Source: an uncultured Bacilli bacterium (GTDB taxonomy: Bacteria > Bacillota_I > Bacilli_A > RFN20 > CAG-826). From it: a DNA stretch of 57,619 bases. The notes beneath the pieces were generated by a model, which saw only the letters and a list, made by a program, of their open reading frames with translations, had not been told where the DNA came from and made no database searches. Shown here piece after piece: positions 38,005 through 47,982 of the stretch (within the stretch, counting starts at the first letter, position 1; each line of letters opens with the position of its first letter). The translations under genes and the position numbers were made by a program. Location of the stretch: the NCBI GenBank assembly GCA_944351395.1, contig CALVPP010000002.1, forward strand, positions 1 through 57,619, in the 5' to 3' direction.

Positions 38005-38685
38005 TTACGTTTTTTCCATCTCCTCTTTCAGTTCATTTTTCGCTAGAACGAGTATCTCAATCTTTTTCGCTCCTCTTTTTCTTACCAAATCCACCATTGC
38101 TTCAATAGTAGAACCAGTAGTCATGATGTCATCGACAAGCAAAACTTTCTTACCACGCAAATTGACATCTTCATTTAAACTTATGTATTTTTTTACTTCT
38201 TTTCTTTCTTCACTTCTTAGTTCTACTTGTTTTGTAGACAATGATTTTACAAAACAATCTAATAAATTCCAGCCTATAACTTTAAATATTTCCTCCACTG
38301 GTTTAAAGCCTCTTTCGTTAGTATGCGATATATGAGAAGGAGCTATAAGAACAACATAATTTAAATATAAATATTTAAGGTGCAAATATCTTTCTAAAAA
38401 TGCCGGGGCTAAAGCGACATCCATATTCGTCTTCAATTGATATATTAAAGAACGTATGTAATCATCATAATGATAAATTGCTAGTCCTTTACATCCAGCA
38501 AATCTAAAGCGTTTGAAAACGGGATTTAATTTTTCAAAACATTTTTGACATAAATGTACTTCGTTCATCATGTTCAAGATTAGTCCATCTCTTTTAATTT
38601 CTTTTAAGCAAATGAGACAAATAGGTATTTGCGAATTCAATTTCTTTTTTTGACTTAACCATCTCTTCATCGATTCTATGCCCAA
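38005..38685 (-). CDS. comFC: ComF-family phosphoribosyltransferase-like competence protein (ComFC)
   Basis: N-terminal Cys pairs (CLICLKEI...CQKCFEKL) and the PRTase motif VLLVDDIMTTGST. The exact start within the 92-nt overlap with comFA is uncertain. Confidence 0.8.
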   Translation of the reverse strand: MGIESMKRWLSQKKKLNSQIPICLICLKEIKRDGLILNMMNEVHLCQKCFEKLNPVFKRFRFAGCKGLAIYHYDDYIRSLIYQLKTNMDVALAPAFLERYLHLKYLYLNYVVLIAPSHISHTNERGFKPVEEIFKVIGWNLLDCFVKSLSTKQVELRSEERKEVKKYISLNEDVNLRGKKVLLVDDIMTTGSTIEAMVDLVRKRGAKKIEILVLAKNELKEEMEKT

Positions 38686-39754
38686 GAAAAATCACCTCCC
38701 CTCGTTCATGTCCTAATTTTCTTCCTGCCCTGCCAGCTATTTGTGTAAGCGCGTAATGATCATAAAGAATATGGTCACTACGAAAAACGATGACTTGTAA
38801 ATCTTTGATAGTTACTCCTCTTTCTAAAATGCTCGTCGTGCATAAATAATGATATTTGCCATCTTTGAAATCTTGTACTTTTTGCATCCTCTTCTCATCT
38901 TTAGATGAAACACTAGTCCCACCTTTACAAAAAAGACTTAGAAATTTTGCTAATTTTATACTCATATCAATCGTTGGGCAAAACACTAAGCAAGGTAATT
39001 TATTTTTCTGATATTTCTTCAACTTATATATCAACACGACATACTTTATTAAACCAAACGACCAATAAAGTTTAGGAACAGGTATAGGTTTTTTATGAAA
39101 TCGGACGAATAATTGTAAAAATGAATAACCATTCTTCTTGAATTGTTCAATAAGTGTTTCGTCTGGGGTCGCGGACATAAAACAATAATGACCCCTAACA
39201 CTTCTAATGGCGATGTTATATAATGTGTCATTTCCTTTAAAAGGAAAAGCATCTACTTCATCGATGATGAGCAAATCAAAATATTGGTGATAGCGAAATA
39301 ATTGGTGTGTCGTAAGTAAAATGATATCACCATGTAATTCATGCGTATGTCCGCCGTATAAAGCGACTATCTTAGCGCTTTTAAATGCTTCCTTAAAACG
39401 AGGCAAAAGTTCGATGACGACATCTTTTCTTGGAGTAGCAAATCCAACATGCATATGATTTTTTAAAGCATAACTTATCGTCTCGTATACAATTTCTGTT
39501 TTGCCCGCTCCACAGACAGCATGAATTAGTGTGTTTTTGCCCTCTTTAAAAGAATTTAAAAATTGAGCGGATATATTTTTTTGTTCTTCGCTCAATTCAT
39601 AATTTAAAGATGCTTCGTCTTCATCGACTAAATAATTTATATTCGCTATTTCGCCTTGAAAAGAAATACATTTTCGACAATAAGGAATGTCTCGCCTATA
39701 GGCGATATACCTCACATCTTCATTTCCGCATATTGGACAAACAAAGTGATTCAC
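38594..39754 (-). CDS. comFA: ComFA-like DEAD/DEAH-box helicase (competence DNA uptake ATPase)
   Basis: N-terminal zinc finger CPICG...CRKC, Walker A AVCGAGKTE, DEVD box, and helicase C motifs TSILERGVT / QIAGRAGR. Confidence 0.82.
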   Translation of the reverse strand: MNHFVCPICGNEDVRYIAYRRDIPYCRKCISFQGEIANINYLVDEDEASLNYELSEEQKNISAQFLNSFKEGKNTLIHAVCGAGKTEIVYETISYALKNHMHVGFATPRKDVVIELLPRFKEAFKSAKIVALYGGHTHELHGDIILLTTHQLFRYHQYFDLLIIDEVDAFPFKGNDTLYNIAIRSVRGHYCFMSATPDETLIEQFKKNGYSFLQLFVRFHKKPIPVPKLYWSFGLIKYVVLIYKLKKYQKNKLPCLVFCPTIDMSIKLAKFLSLFCKGGTSVSSKDEKRMQKVQDFKDGKYHYLCTTSILERGVTIKDLQVIVFRSDHILYDHYALTQIAGRAGRKLGHERGEVIFLGHRIDEEMVKSKKEIEFANTYLSHLLKRN

Positions 39755-39774
39755 ATGTTATATATACACGTAAA

Positions 39775-40230
39775 TTACTTCATGTGTTCATCTTCATACG
39801 TTTTAATTAAATCAACTCTGCGTCTATGTCTTCCTTCTAAGCAATCCGTAGTTAGGAAAGTAATCGCTCTTCTAATTACATCTTCTTCGCGCATAAAATT
39901 CGCTCCAAAACACACGATGTTCGCATCATTATGTTCTCTTAATAAACTTGCGACGTCATCATTATAAGCGATGCCTGCTCTCACACCTTTTACTTTATTT
40001 GCCGCTAAACAAATACCTTCACCAGAAGAACAAATTAAAATGCCTAGGGTATTGTTTTTCACGACTTTTTCGCCGGCTTGAAAGGCGAAGATTGGATAAT
40101 CACAAGAAGACGTATCAAAAGTACCAACATCTTCAAATTCAAAGCCTTCGCGTCCTAACATTTTTTTGACCACTTCTTTTAGATTAAAGCCGGCGTGATC
40201 TGAACCGATAATAATTTTTTTAGAGCCCAT
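39775..40230 (-). CDS. rpiB: Ribose-5-phosphate isomerase B
   Basis: 151 aa with IIIGSDHAGFNLKE, ICSSGEGI, and REHNDANI. Confidence 0.9.
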   Translation of the reverse strand: MGSKKIIIGSDHAGFNLKEVVKKMLGREGFEFEDVGTFDTSSCDYPIFAFQAGEKVVKNNTLGILICSSGEGICLAANKVKGVRAGIAYNDDVASLLREHNDANIVCFGANFMREEDVIRRAITFLTTDCLEGRHRRRVDLIKTYEDEHMK

Positions 40231-40828
40231 TTTTTCTTAAAACCTCCTCAATTTCCGTCTCTTTTACGCTACCAAGGCGTATAATTTTTATATTTTTTTC
40301 ACTCGCATCTACAATTGTAGTAGGCATAGTAGATTGCACTTTGCCATGAGCGATAAGTTTTACTTCTTCTTCGCTAAAATAAGTTCTAACTTGCCCTTCA
40401 GTTAAAGCTGGAGGCATATCTTTTTTATTCGCGCTTGGGACGAGAAGCGGCTTACCAACATAATGAATAAATTCACGCAATGTATCGTCCCCGCTCACGC
40501 GTATACCGATTTTATTAGTGCCTAACGTGACATGCCATGGTAGTCCTTCTTTTACTCTTAATAATAATGTAATCTCGCCTGGCAAAAAATTGTCAATTAA
40601 ACATTTAGCCACATCATTAATGTAGGCGTATTTTTCTATATCATTAACATCTCCTAGCATGAGAGTGAATGGCTTATCAGGAGCGCGCATTTTAACTTCG
40701 ACTAATTTTTGAAAAGCCACTTCATCATCGTATGCAATAGCCAAACCAAAAACAGTCTCTGTCGGTATAGCGATGATATCGTGATTCAATATAGCTTGTT
40801 TTAATTTTTCAAATTGTTCTCTTTCCAT
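40220..40828 (-). CDS. tsaC: L-threonylcarbamoyladenylate synthase (Sua5/YciO/YrdC/YwlC family)
   Basis: IIAIPTETVFGLA, KPFTLML, RVSGD, PSANK and TIVD motifs are present. It lies in the conserved position next to prmC. Confidence 0.85.
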   Translation of the reverse strand: MEREQFEKLKQAILNHDIIAIPTETVFGLAIAYDDEVAFQKLVEVKMRAPDKPFTLMLGDVNDIEKYAYINDVAKCLIDNFLPGEITLLLRVKEGLPWHVTLGTNKIGIRVSGDDTLREFIHYVGKPLLVPSANKKDMPPALTEGQVRTYFSEEEVKLIAHGKVQSTMPTTIVDASEKNIKIIRLGSVKETEIEEVLRKNGL

Positions 40829-41655
40829 ATGTGTAAAATGACAAATCGATCATGATTAGACATATCTTTTCTTATCTCTATACTATAGCGATTAAAATAG
40901 TTAAAGCAAAGTTCTTGCATCACTTCTTTTTGATCATGATGAATTTCTAGATACACTCTTACCTCATCACCCATGCTATTTTTTATCATTTGAAATAATT
41001 GTTCATAAAGTTTATGACCAGGCTTCACTAAGTAAGCGCTTCTTGGTTCATTTAGTAGCACTAATGGATCGACGTCTTCTTCTTTTTCAATGTAAGGAAG
41101 ATTAGCGATTACGACATCATATTTTTTATTTTTTTCAATGAGTGGATTTATTAGATTTCCTAAATAAAAATTAATTTTAACGTCGTGCATATTAGCGTTA
41201 TGCATAGCAACTTCTAGAGCACTTTCGCTATTATCAATAGCGATAACTTCATCATTAATTCTTTTTTTCTTCACACTAATAGCGATAACACCTGATCCGG
41301 TTCCCACATCAACAATCGTCATTTTTCTTTTAAGTTTAGCCATATCTTTTAAAGCGATAGTGACTAATTCTTCTGTCTCTGGTCTAGGAATTAAAACTGC
41401 AGGTGAAACATAATATTCATCACCTAAAAAAGAAGCATGTCCTAAAACATATTGAAGAGGTTTACCTTCTCCCACTTCCTTTAAAATATCTTCTATTTCA
41501 TTTTTATCTTCTTCGCTTATTTCTTCTTTGAACGATTTGATAAGAGAAGTTCTATCATCTAACCCTAACACTTCTTGCATAGCAAGATAAATACTAGCGT
41601 TCTCTACGCTATGAAATTTCTTTTTAAATAAAAAATAGGCTTCTTCGACGCTCAA
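40801..41655 (-). CDS. prmC: Release-factor glutamine N5-methyltransferase (PrmC/HemK) with an NLPY variant of the NPPY motif
   Basis: PLQYVLG, IPRPETE, the SAM motif VDVGTGSG, and the catalytic tetrapeptide IANLPYI (41092..41103). It lies immediately downstream of prfA. Confidence 0.88.
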   Translation of the reverse strand: MSVEEAYFLFKKKFHSVENASIYLAMQEVLGLDDRTSLIKSFKEEISEEDKNEIEDILKEVGEGKPLQYVLGHASFLGDEYYVSPAVLIPRPETEELVTIALKDMAKLKRKMTIVDVGTGSGVIAISVKKKRINDEVIAIDNSESALEVAMHNANMHDVKINFYLGNLINPLIEKNKKYDVVIANLPYIEKEEDVDPLVLLNEPRSAYLVKPGHKLYEQLFQMIKNSMGDEVRVYLEIHHDQKEVMQELCFNYFNRYSIEIRKDMSNHDRFVILHIWKENNLKN

Positions 41656-42744
41656 TCAATTAATCTCCTCTTCTAATCTTTTTTGGATATCATCGTGGAT
41701 GAGTGCGTTAATAACTTCATCTAATTCTCCTTCCATGACGCGATCCAACTTTTGGATAGTGAGATTAATACGGTGATCAGTCACACGGTTTTGTGGATAA
41801 TTATAAGTTCTAATTTTTTCGCTTCTATCGCCGGTTCCAACTTTCGCTTTTCTTTCTTGTCCAATTTTCTCATCGCGGTCATGAAGCATTTTCTGGTAAA
41901 TCTTCGTGCGTAACATACGCATACATATTTCTCTATTTTGTAGTTGTGATTTTTCAGTTTGGCAGCTCACAACTATACCAGTTGGAATATGTGTTATGCG
42001 CACGGCTGATTCAGTTTTATTAACATTTTGTCCACCCGCACCCTGTGAGCGATATGTATCCATACTTAAATCTTGGGGATTAATTTTTACTTCAATTTCT
42101 TCTGCTTCTGGCATGACTAATACAGTCGCTGTCGAAGTATGAATTCTTCCTGCTGCTTCAGTCTTTGGCACTCTTTGGACACGATGTGCACCGCTTTCAA
42201 ATTTTAGTTTAGAATAAACGTCTTTACCTTTGATGGAAAATGAAACGAAAGCAAAACCACCTGCTTCCGAGGGATTTTCATCGATGAGTTGTACTTTCCA
42301 ATTATTTTTTTCTGCATATTTTACATACATACGGAAAAGATCCCCTGCAAAAATGTTAGCTTCGTCTCCTCCTGCTGCACCTCTAATTTCGACGATGATG
42401 TTTTTGTCGTCATCTGGTGATTTGGGTAAAAGTAAAATAGTTAGTTCATCGATGAGCAAAACCATTTCATCGTGTAATGATTTCACTTCTTCTTTCGCTA
42501 ATTCGGCAATTTCTTGATCTTGATCACGACTTAAAATTTCTGCTTCTTCAAGATTTTTTTCATCTCTTAAAAATTCATCATACTTTTCGCATGCTGGTTC
42601 TAAATTCGCTCTTTCTTTAGATAAGGCACGGAAGGTAGCAATATCTTCCGTCACTTTTTCATCCATGAGTGAACGATCTATTTCTTCGAGACGACGTTTC
42701 GTGACCTCGAGTCTTTTTCTCATGCTTTCTTCCATCATTGACAT
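41656..42744 (-). CDS. prfA: Peptide chain release factor 1
   Basis: PxT-type decoding region (VPKTEAAGRIHTS) and the GGQ motif ([11 protein letters not shown]). Confidence 0.95.
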   Translation of the reverse strand: MSMMEESMRKRLEVTKRRLEEIDRSLMDEKVTEDIATFRALSKERANLEPACEKYDEFLRDEKNLEEAEILSRDQDQEIAELAKEEVKSLHDEMVLLIDELTILLLPKSPDDDKNIIVEIRGAAGGDEANIFAGDLFRMYVKYAEKNNWKVQLIDENPSEAGGFAFVSFSIKGKDVYSKLKFESGAHRVQRVPKTEAAGRIHTSTATVLVMPEAEEIEVKINPQDLSMDTYRSQGAGGQNVNKTESAVRITHIPTGIVVSCQTEKSQLQNREICMRMLRTKIYQKMLHDRDEKIGQERKAKVGTGDRSEKIRTYNYPQNRVTDHRINLTIQKLDRVMEGELDEVINALIHDDIQKRLEEEIN

Positions 42745-42912
42745 AGTTAGTATTCTAACACATCATGATGAATTAGAGAAAACGAAAGAATACATAAACA
42801 AAATATATTAAAGATTATTTAATAATTACTATAGAACAAAACTTTTGCTTAATATTCATATTAACTCTATCAAATGCCATAAACTTTATGTATAATTGAA
42901 GACGTATAACTT

Positions 42913-44613
42913 ATGGCCTACAAAGCACTTTATCGAACATATCGTCCTTTAACCTTTGAAGAAGTCGTCGGGCAAGATCATATCGTCCGTACTTTAAAAA
43001 ATGCTTTAAAGGAAAATAAAATCGCTCATGCTTATCTTTTTGCTGGTCCTAGAGGAACGGGTAAGACGAGCATGGCTAAACTTCTTGCCAAAGCATTAAA
43101 TTGTGAAGAAGGCGTAGGACATCAATGCAACGAATGTTCAAATTGCATCGCTATTAACGAAGTATCTCATCCAGACGTCATAGAAATTGACGCGGCGAGC
43201 AATAATGGTGTCGATGAAGTAAGAGATTTAATTGATAGAGTAAAATATTTACCAATTAAAGGTCGATATAAAGTTTATATCATAGACGAGGTGCACATGA
43301 TGACTAGCGGAGCGTTTAATGCATTGCTTCGCACATTAGAAGAGCCGCCCGCCCACGTCATCTTCATCCTCGCCACAACTGAACCGCATAAAATATTGCC
43401 CACTATTCTATCTCGTTGCCAAAGATACGATTTTAATAAAGTAAGTGATGTCGATATTAAACGTCGACTAATCTACGTCTTAGACAAAGAACAAATTACT
43501 TATGAAGAAGATGCTATCGACATGATTACTTCTCTTGCCGATGGCGGCATGAGAGATGCTTTATCTATCTTAGATCAATTGCTCGCTTATTCTGGTCGCA
43601 CTCTTCGAGCGAAAGATGTCTTAGATGTCTTTGCTCTTACGAGTAAAGAGGAAAAAATAAAGTTACTCAATTACATTTTAGACGGTGATGTAGAAAACAC
43701 TTTATCGTTAACGCGTTCTTTTATCGAACATGGTAACGATATCAAAAAATTATTATTAGATCTTCTCGACATTTTAAAAGATGTCTACACCTATCAAGTG
43801 ACAGAAGATAAGACTTTGTTATTGACACTAAATGAAAGCGAAGTTAATGCCTTGTCGCATTTCGCTGATGAAGAAGACTTGTTGAAGATGAGTGAAATTT
43901 TGCTTAATGCTTCGACATCATTAAGAAACGTAAGTAATGCTAGATCGCTATTAGAAATTAGTTTATTAAAACTTACTTCTATGCATAAGAAAACATTGAA
44001 AACTGTGGCAAAAGCCGACGAAAATGAAGAAAAAGTTATAAAAGAAGAACCTAAAATAGTAGAGAAAACAATAATAAAAAAAGAAGAACCAGTTCCTACT
44101 CCTATGAAAAAAGAAGAACCGGCTAAAGAAAAAGCTTTAGATGAACCGCTTCTCCTTTTTAATGAAGAAGAATTAGTCGCTGACACTAATCTATACCCAG
44201 ATGATGAAAAATACGTGTTAAACGAAGAAACTATCATAAACGCCATGATTAAAGGCGATAAGGAATTAAAGAAAAGTATCATCTCTAAATGGGATAAATT
44301 GACTCCCTATCTAGCTAGCCCAACTCTTGGTAAATATGCTTCTTTATTAAAAGACGCTAGACCATATATTGCGACGAAGGAATTACTCATCCTCGAATAT
44401 GATTTAGATATCGTCGCTGATAAAGTCAATTTAAAAAATAATCAAAAGACAATCGCTAATCTTGTCGAAAAAATAACGAATAAGCATTTCTTCGTCCACG
44501 CTCTTACAAGAATGCAAACTATTGCTGATGTCAAAAAATTCCGTGATTTATCACAACTTGGCAAACTAAAAAAAGCTGACGAAGTAACTATTGATTTAAA
44601 GGAGATTAAGTAA
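42913..44613 (+). CDS. dnaX: DNA polymerase III subunit tau (gamma/tau)
   Basis: YRTYRP..F.EVVGQ, GPRGTGKTS, the zinc module CEEGVGHQCNECSNC, DEVHM, and SRCQRYDF. Confidence 0.95.
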   Translation: MAYKALYRTYRPLTFEEVVGQDHIVRTLKNALKENKIAHAYLFAGPRGTGKTSMAKLLAKALNCEEGVGHQCNECSNCIAINEVSHPDVIEIDAASNNGVDEVRDLIDRVKYLPIKGRYKVYIIDEVHMMTSGAFNALLRTLEEPPAHVIFILATTEPHKILPTILSRCQRYDFNKVSDVDIKRRLIYVLDKEQITYEEDAIDMITSLADGGMRDALSILDQLLAYSGRTLRAKDVLDVFALTSKEEKIKLLNYILDGDVENTLSLTRSFIEHGNDIKKLLLDLLDILKDVYTYQVTEDKTLLLTLNESEVNALSHFADEEDLLKMSEILLNASTSLRNVSNARSLLEISLLKLTSMHKKTLKTVAKADENEEKVIKEEPKIVEKTIIKKEEPVPTPMKKEEPAKEKALDEPLLLFNEEELVADTNLYPDDEKYVLNEETIINAMIKGDKELKKSIISKWDKLTPYLASPTLGKYASLLKDARPYIATKELLILEYDLDIVADKVNLKNNQKTIANLVEKITNKHFFVHALTRMQTIADVKKFRDLSQLGKLKKADEVTIDLKEIK

Positions 44614-44614
44614 T

Positions 44615-44914
44615 ATGAACATGCAACAACTCATGCTACAAGCACAAAAGATGCAAAAAGCTATGGCTAAAGCTAAAGAAGAATTAGCAAATAAATCTTT
44701 TAGTGTATCTAAGGGTGGAGCGTTCACAATTGTGATGAAAGGTGATAGAACTATCGAAAAAATTGAGATAGATGAAGATGCCTTAGATAAAGAAAATAAG
44801 GAGATGTTAGAAGAGATGATCGCTCTTGCTATCGACGAAGTTTTAGAAAAAATTCAAGAGGAAGAAGCTAAAATTACCCAAGGTGCCGCTGGAGGTTTAG
44901 GCTTAGGATTTTAA
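44615..44914 (+). CDS. ybaB: YbaB/EbfC-family nucleoid-associated protein
   Basis: 99 aa starting MNMQQLMLQAQKMQKAM. It sits in the conserved position between dnaX and recR. Confidence 0.9.
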   Translation: MNMQQLMLQAQKMQKAMAKAKEELANKSFSVSKGGAFTIVMKGDRTIEKIEIDEDALDKENKEMLEEMIALAIDEVLEKIQEEEAKITQGAAGGLGLGF

Positions 44915-44917
44915 TCG

Positions 44918-45520
44918 ATGAATGAACATTTAGAAACTATCGACATTTTGATTAATGCTTTAAAGGCATTCCCGGGCATAGGTACGAGGCAAGCTACGCG
45001 CATGGCTTATGACATTTTAAGGATGGACGATGAACAAGTTGATTCCATCATTCATTCTTTAAAAGAGACGAAAGAAAAAATACACCCCTGCCCTCGCTGC
45101 GGATTATATTGCGAAGGAGATATTTGCCATATTTGTAATGATTCCAACAGGGACCACGAAACAATGCTCATCATCACTGACCCAAAGGATAGTTTGCCTT
45201 TTGAAAAAAATGAGACGTTCCATGGCATCTATTTTGTTTTAGGCACTTCTTTATCTTTAAGTCAAGGTCGAACAGTTGAAGATTTACATCTCGACAAATT
45301 GTTCACGCGCATCGAAGAAGAAGGCGTCAAAGAAATTATCATCGCTACAGAGCCAACTGTCGCTGGTGAAACAACCGCTTTATACATCGCTAACAGTTTA
45401 AAAGATAAAGACATCAAAGTTAGTCGACTTGCTTATGGTTTGCCAATGGGTTCATCTATCGACTACGCTGATAGTTTGACTTTAGATCGTGCCTTGAAGG
45501 GGCGCACGAAAATAGAATGA
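44918..45520 (+). CDS. recR: Recombination protein RecR
   Basis: LINALKAFPGIG (HhH), the C4 zinc finger CPRCG..C..C.IC, and a Toprim domain. Confidence 0.93.
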   Translation: MNEHLETIDILINALKAFPGIGTRQATRMAYDILRMDDEQVDSIIHSLKETKEKIHPCPRCGLYCEGDICHICNDSNRDHETMLIITDPKDSLPFEKNETFHGIYFVLGTSLSLSQGRTVEDLHLDKLFTRIEEEGVKEIIIATEPTVAGETTALYIANSLKDKDIKVSRLAYGLPMGSSIDYADSLTLDRALKGRTKIE

Positions 45521-45533
45521 GAGGGTTTAACTT

Positions 45534-46157
45534 ATGTTCATCACATTCGAAGGACCAGAAGGAAGCGGCAAAACTTCAGTCATTAAAAATGTTTACGATT
45601 ATTTGACTAAACGAGGCTACGAGATAATACTTACTCGCGAACCAGGTGGCACTCCTATTGCTGAAGAAATTCGTAATGTCATCTTAGATAAAAAGAACAC
45701 GAATTTAGACGCTCGTGCCGAAGCACTACTTTACGCCGCAAGTAGAAGGCAACATCTCGTCGAAAAAGTATGGCCCGCTTTAAAGGAAGGAAAAATAGTG
45801 CTCTGCGATCGTTTCCTCGATTCAAGTTTAGCCTACCAAGGTGGGGCTAGAGGTATTGGGGTGGAAGAGATATTAAACGTAAATCTTTTTGCGACTGAAG
45901 GTTTTTATCCAGATTTAACTTTTTTATTAGACATTGAACCATCATTAGGATTGAAACGCATTGCGTTAAATAAAAATAGAGAAGTGAATAGACTAGATTT
46001 AGAGAAAATTGAATTCCATAATAAAGTGCGACAAACTTTTTTAGATTTAGCAAAAAAATATGAGGATCGTTACGTCATCATCGACGCTTCTAAACCATTA
46101 ACTGAGGTGAATAAAAGTGTCGAAGAAGCCATCGCAAGACGTTTAAAAGAGAAGTGA
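45534..46157 (+). CDS. tmk: Thymidylate kinase
   Basis: FITFEGPEGSGKTS, REPGGT, DRF.DSSLAYQG. Confidence 0.93.
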   Translation: MFITFEGPEGSGKTSVIKNVYDYLTKRGYEIILTREPGGTPIAEEIRNVILDKKNTNLDARAEALLYAASRRQHLVEKVWPALKEGKIVLCDRFLDSSLAYQGGARGIGVEEILNVNLFATEGFYPDLTFLLDIEPSLGLKRIALNKNREVNRLDLEKIEFHNKVRQTFLDLAKKYEDRYVIIDASKPLTEVNKSVEEAIARRLKEK

Positions 46158-47143
46158 ATAGTGAAAATTATTTAAAAACATATCAGCCTAATGTTTATAA
46201 AACATTAGAACACGCATTAAAAGATGGCAATATCGCTCACGCTTACCTTTTGAGTGGCGAAGCAGGTATTCCTCTTTTATCAATGGCTAAATTCTTAGCA
46301 AAATCTATCATCTGTGATAATCCTACTCCTTTTGCTTGTGAGCAATGTTTAACTTGTGCACGCGTAGACGATGGTAATTATCAAGATATTGTCATTCTCG
46401 ATGGTGCGAGTTCATCATTGAAAAAAGATGAAATAAATCAAGTCATCACTTCTTTTTCTTACACCGCTAAAGAAGCTAAAGGTGTATTAATTTATATCAT
46501 TCATCTCGTCGAAAATATGACGAATGAAGCTATAAATGCTTTATTACGTTTTTTAGAAGAGCCGGTAGATGACGTATACGCTATTCTAACGACAGAAAAT
46601 GAAGAAAGAGTGTTGCCTACAATCATATCGCGAACTCAGCTTCTTCGTTTTAAATTAATTGACCGTAAAAAAGTGATAAACGAAGCAAATGAATTAGGTG
46701 TCTATGAAGAAGATGCTGAGCTATTATCTTACTTTTATAACAATGCATACGAAATTAAAGAACATACAAATGATGAAAAATATCTCTCGTTAAAAGAATT
46801 ATTTAGAGATTATTTAGAAGAGATGAATAAAGGACGAGGTGAAGTCGTATATTTTACTCAAACTATCCTTTCTAACAAACTGAGAGCGAAAGAAGACGCA
46901 CGAATGTTCTTAGATTTATTCATCGACTTTTTTAAGAATATGCAGGAAGCTAAATATACGAACGATTATATTTTTCAAAGCTTTAAGAGTATAATAGATG
47001 CACTAAATCAAAAGCTCGACCATATGGAAGAGACTTTAGATTTATTATTTACATTACGACAAAATATCGAGATGAATGTCAATATCCCACTTCTTTTCGA
47101 TAAATTGACTTATAGTGTGACGAAAGGGATGAAAAAATTATGA
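46154..47143 (+). CDS. holB: DNA polymerase III subunit delta prime
   Basis: The P-loop is degenerate (HAYLLSGEAG). The zinc-module-like segment CEQCLTCARV and the SRT motif (IISRTQLLRF) are present. It lies in the conserved tmk-holB-yaaT order. Confidence 0.85.
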   Translation: MNSENYLKTYQPNVYKTLEHALKDGNIAHAYLLSGEAGIPLLSMAKFLAKSIICDNPTPFACEQCLTCARVDDGNYQDIVILDGASSSLKKDEINQVITSFSYTAKEAKGVLIYIIHLVENMTNEAINALLRFLEEPVDDVYAILTTENEERVLPTIISRTQLLRFKLIDRKKVINEANELGVYEEDAELLSYFYNNAYEIKEHTNDEKYLSLKELFRDYLEEMNKGRGEVVYFTQTILSNKLRAKEDARMFLDLFIDFFKNMQEAKYTNDYIFQSFKSIIDALNQKLDHMEETLDLLFTLRQNIEMNVNIPLLFDKLTYSVTKGMKKL

Positions 47144-47982
47144 GTGAAAATAAAAGATATAGCGTCGCTGTTCATTTTGAGAAGAGCGACCGTTCTTACT
47201 ATTTTGTAAGTGAAGATGAGTCGTTAAAAATAGGAGACCAGGTCATATGTGAGACGATACGAGGCATAGAACTTGGTCGCATCGCTTCTAAACTAAATGA
47301 AATTGAAGGCGACTTCGATGAATCTGAACTAAGACCTATTTTAAGAAAGGCTATCGAATTAGATTTAGAAAGATACGAACAAAATATCGTGGACGCAGAA
47401 GAAGCTTATCAAATCGCTATCAAAGAAGTGAAAAAACTTAATCTACCGATGAAGCTCACTATGGCAGAATATACGCTCGACCGCAATAAACTACAATTCG
47501 ATTTCGCCGCTGAAGAAAGAGTAGATTTTCGCGAACTAGCAAAACGTCTTGCTAGTATCTTTCATACACGTATCGAATTAAGGCAAATTGGTCCTCGCGA
47601 TAGAGCGAAAGCAACAGGTGGTTTGGGTGTGTGTGGTTTAAAATTATGTTGTTCTTTATTTTTAAATGAATTTGATGGTATTTCCATCAATCGTGCCAAA
47701 AATCAAATGCTCGCTCTTAACATTCCTAAGCTTAGTGGAGCGTGTGGCAAACTCATTTGCTGCCTAAAATATGAAGATGAGCAATATAGTGAATTAAAAA
47801 AATATTATCCCCGTCTCGGAGAAAAAATAAAAATTGAAGATAACGAATATCACGTCTCTAGCATCAACGTCTTGTCGCGCACCGTCAAAATCGAGAATCC
47901 TGAAGACGTTAAAATTTTAGATTTAGATGAATATAACCAATTGAGCAAAGGGAAAAAGATAGATGATGAAACGCTCGCTTAA
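47140..47982 (+). CDS. ricT: PSP1-domain protein RicT (YaaT)
   Basis: PSP1 C-terminal domain with Cys clusters GVCGLKLCC and GACGKLICCLKYE. Confidence 0.85.
   Translation: MSENKRYSVAVHFEKSDRSYYFVSEDESLKIGDQVICETIRGIELGRIASKLNEIEGDFDESELRPILRKAIELDLERYEQNIVDAEEAYQIAIKEVKKLNLPMKLTMAEYTLDRNKLQFDFAAEERVDFRELAKRLASIFHTRIELRQIGPRDRAKATGGLGVCGLKLCCSLFLNEFDGISINRAKNQMLALNIPKLSGACGKLICCLKYEDEQYSELKKYYPRLGEKIKIEDNEYHVSSINVLSRTVKIENPEDVKILDLDEYNQLSKGKKIDDETLA

Noticed and set aside
38594-38685. The 92-nt overlap between comFA and comFC as a possible frameshift or fusion
   Set aside because: Both proteins are complete in their own frames. The overlap most likely only reflects an over-extended comFC start call, since several in-frame Met codons follow.
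42745-42912. I looked for an SRP (4.5S/scRNA) gene upstream of dnaX, as found in Bacillus
   Set aside because: The 168-bp spacer is very AT-rich. It has no extended helix and no GC-rich conserved domain IV-like segment.
43794-44282. 162-aa minus-strand ORF inside dnaX
   Set aside because: It lies antisense to the Lys/Glu-rich linker of tau. The Ser/Phe-rich low-complexity translation is a typical mirror-frame artefact.
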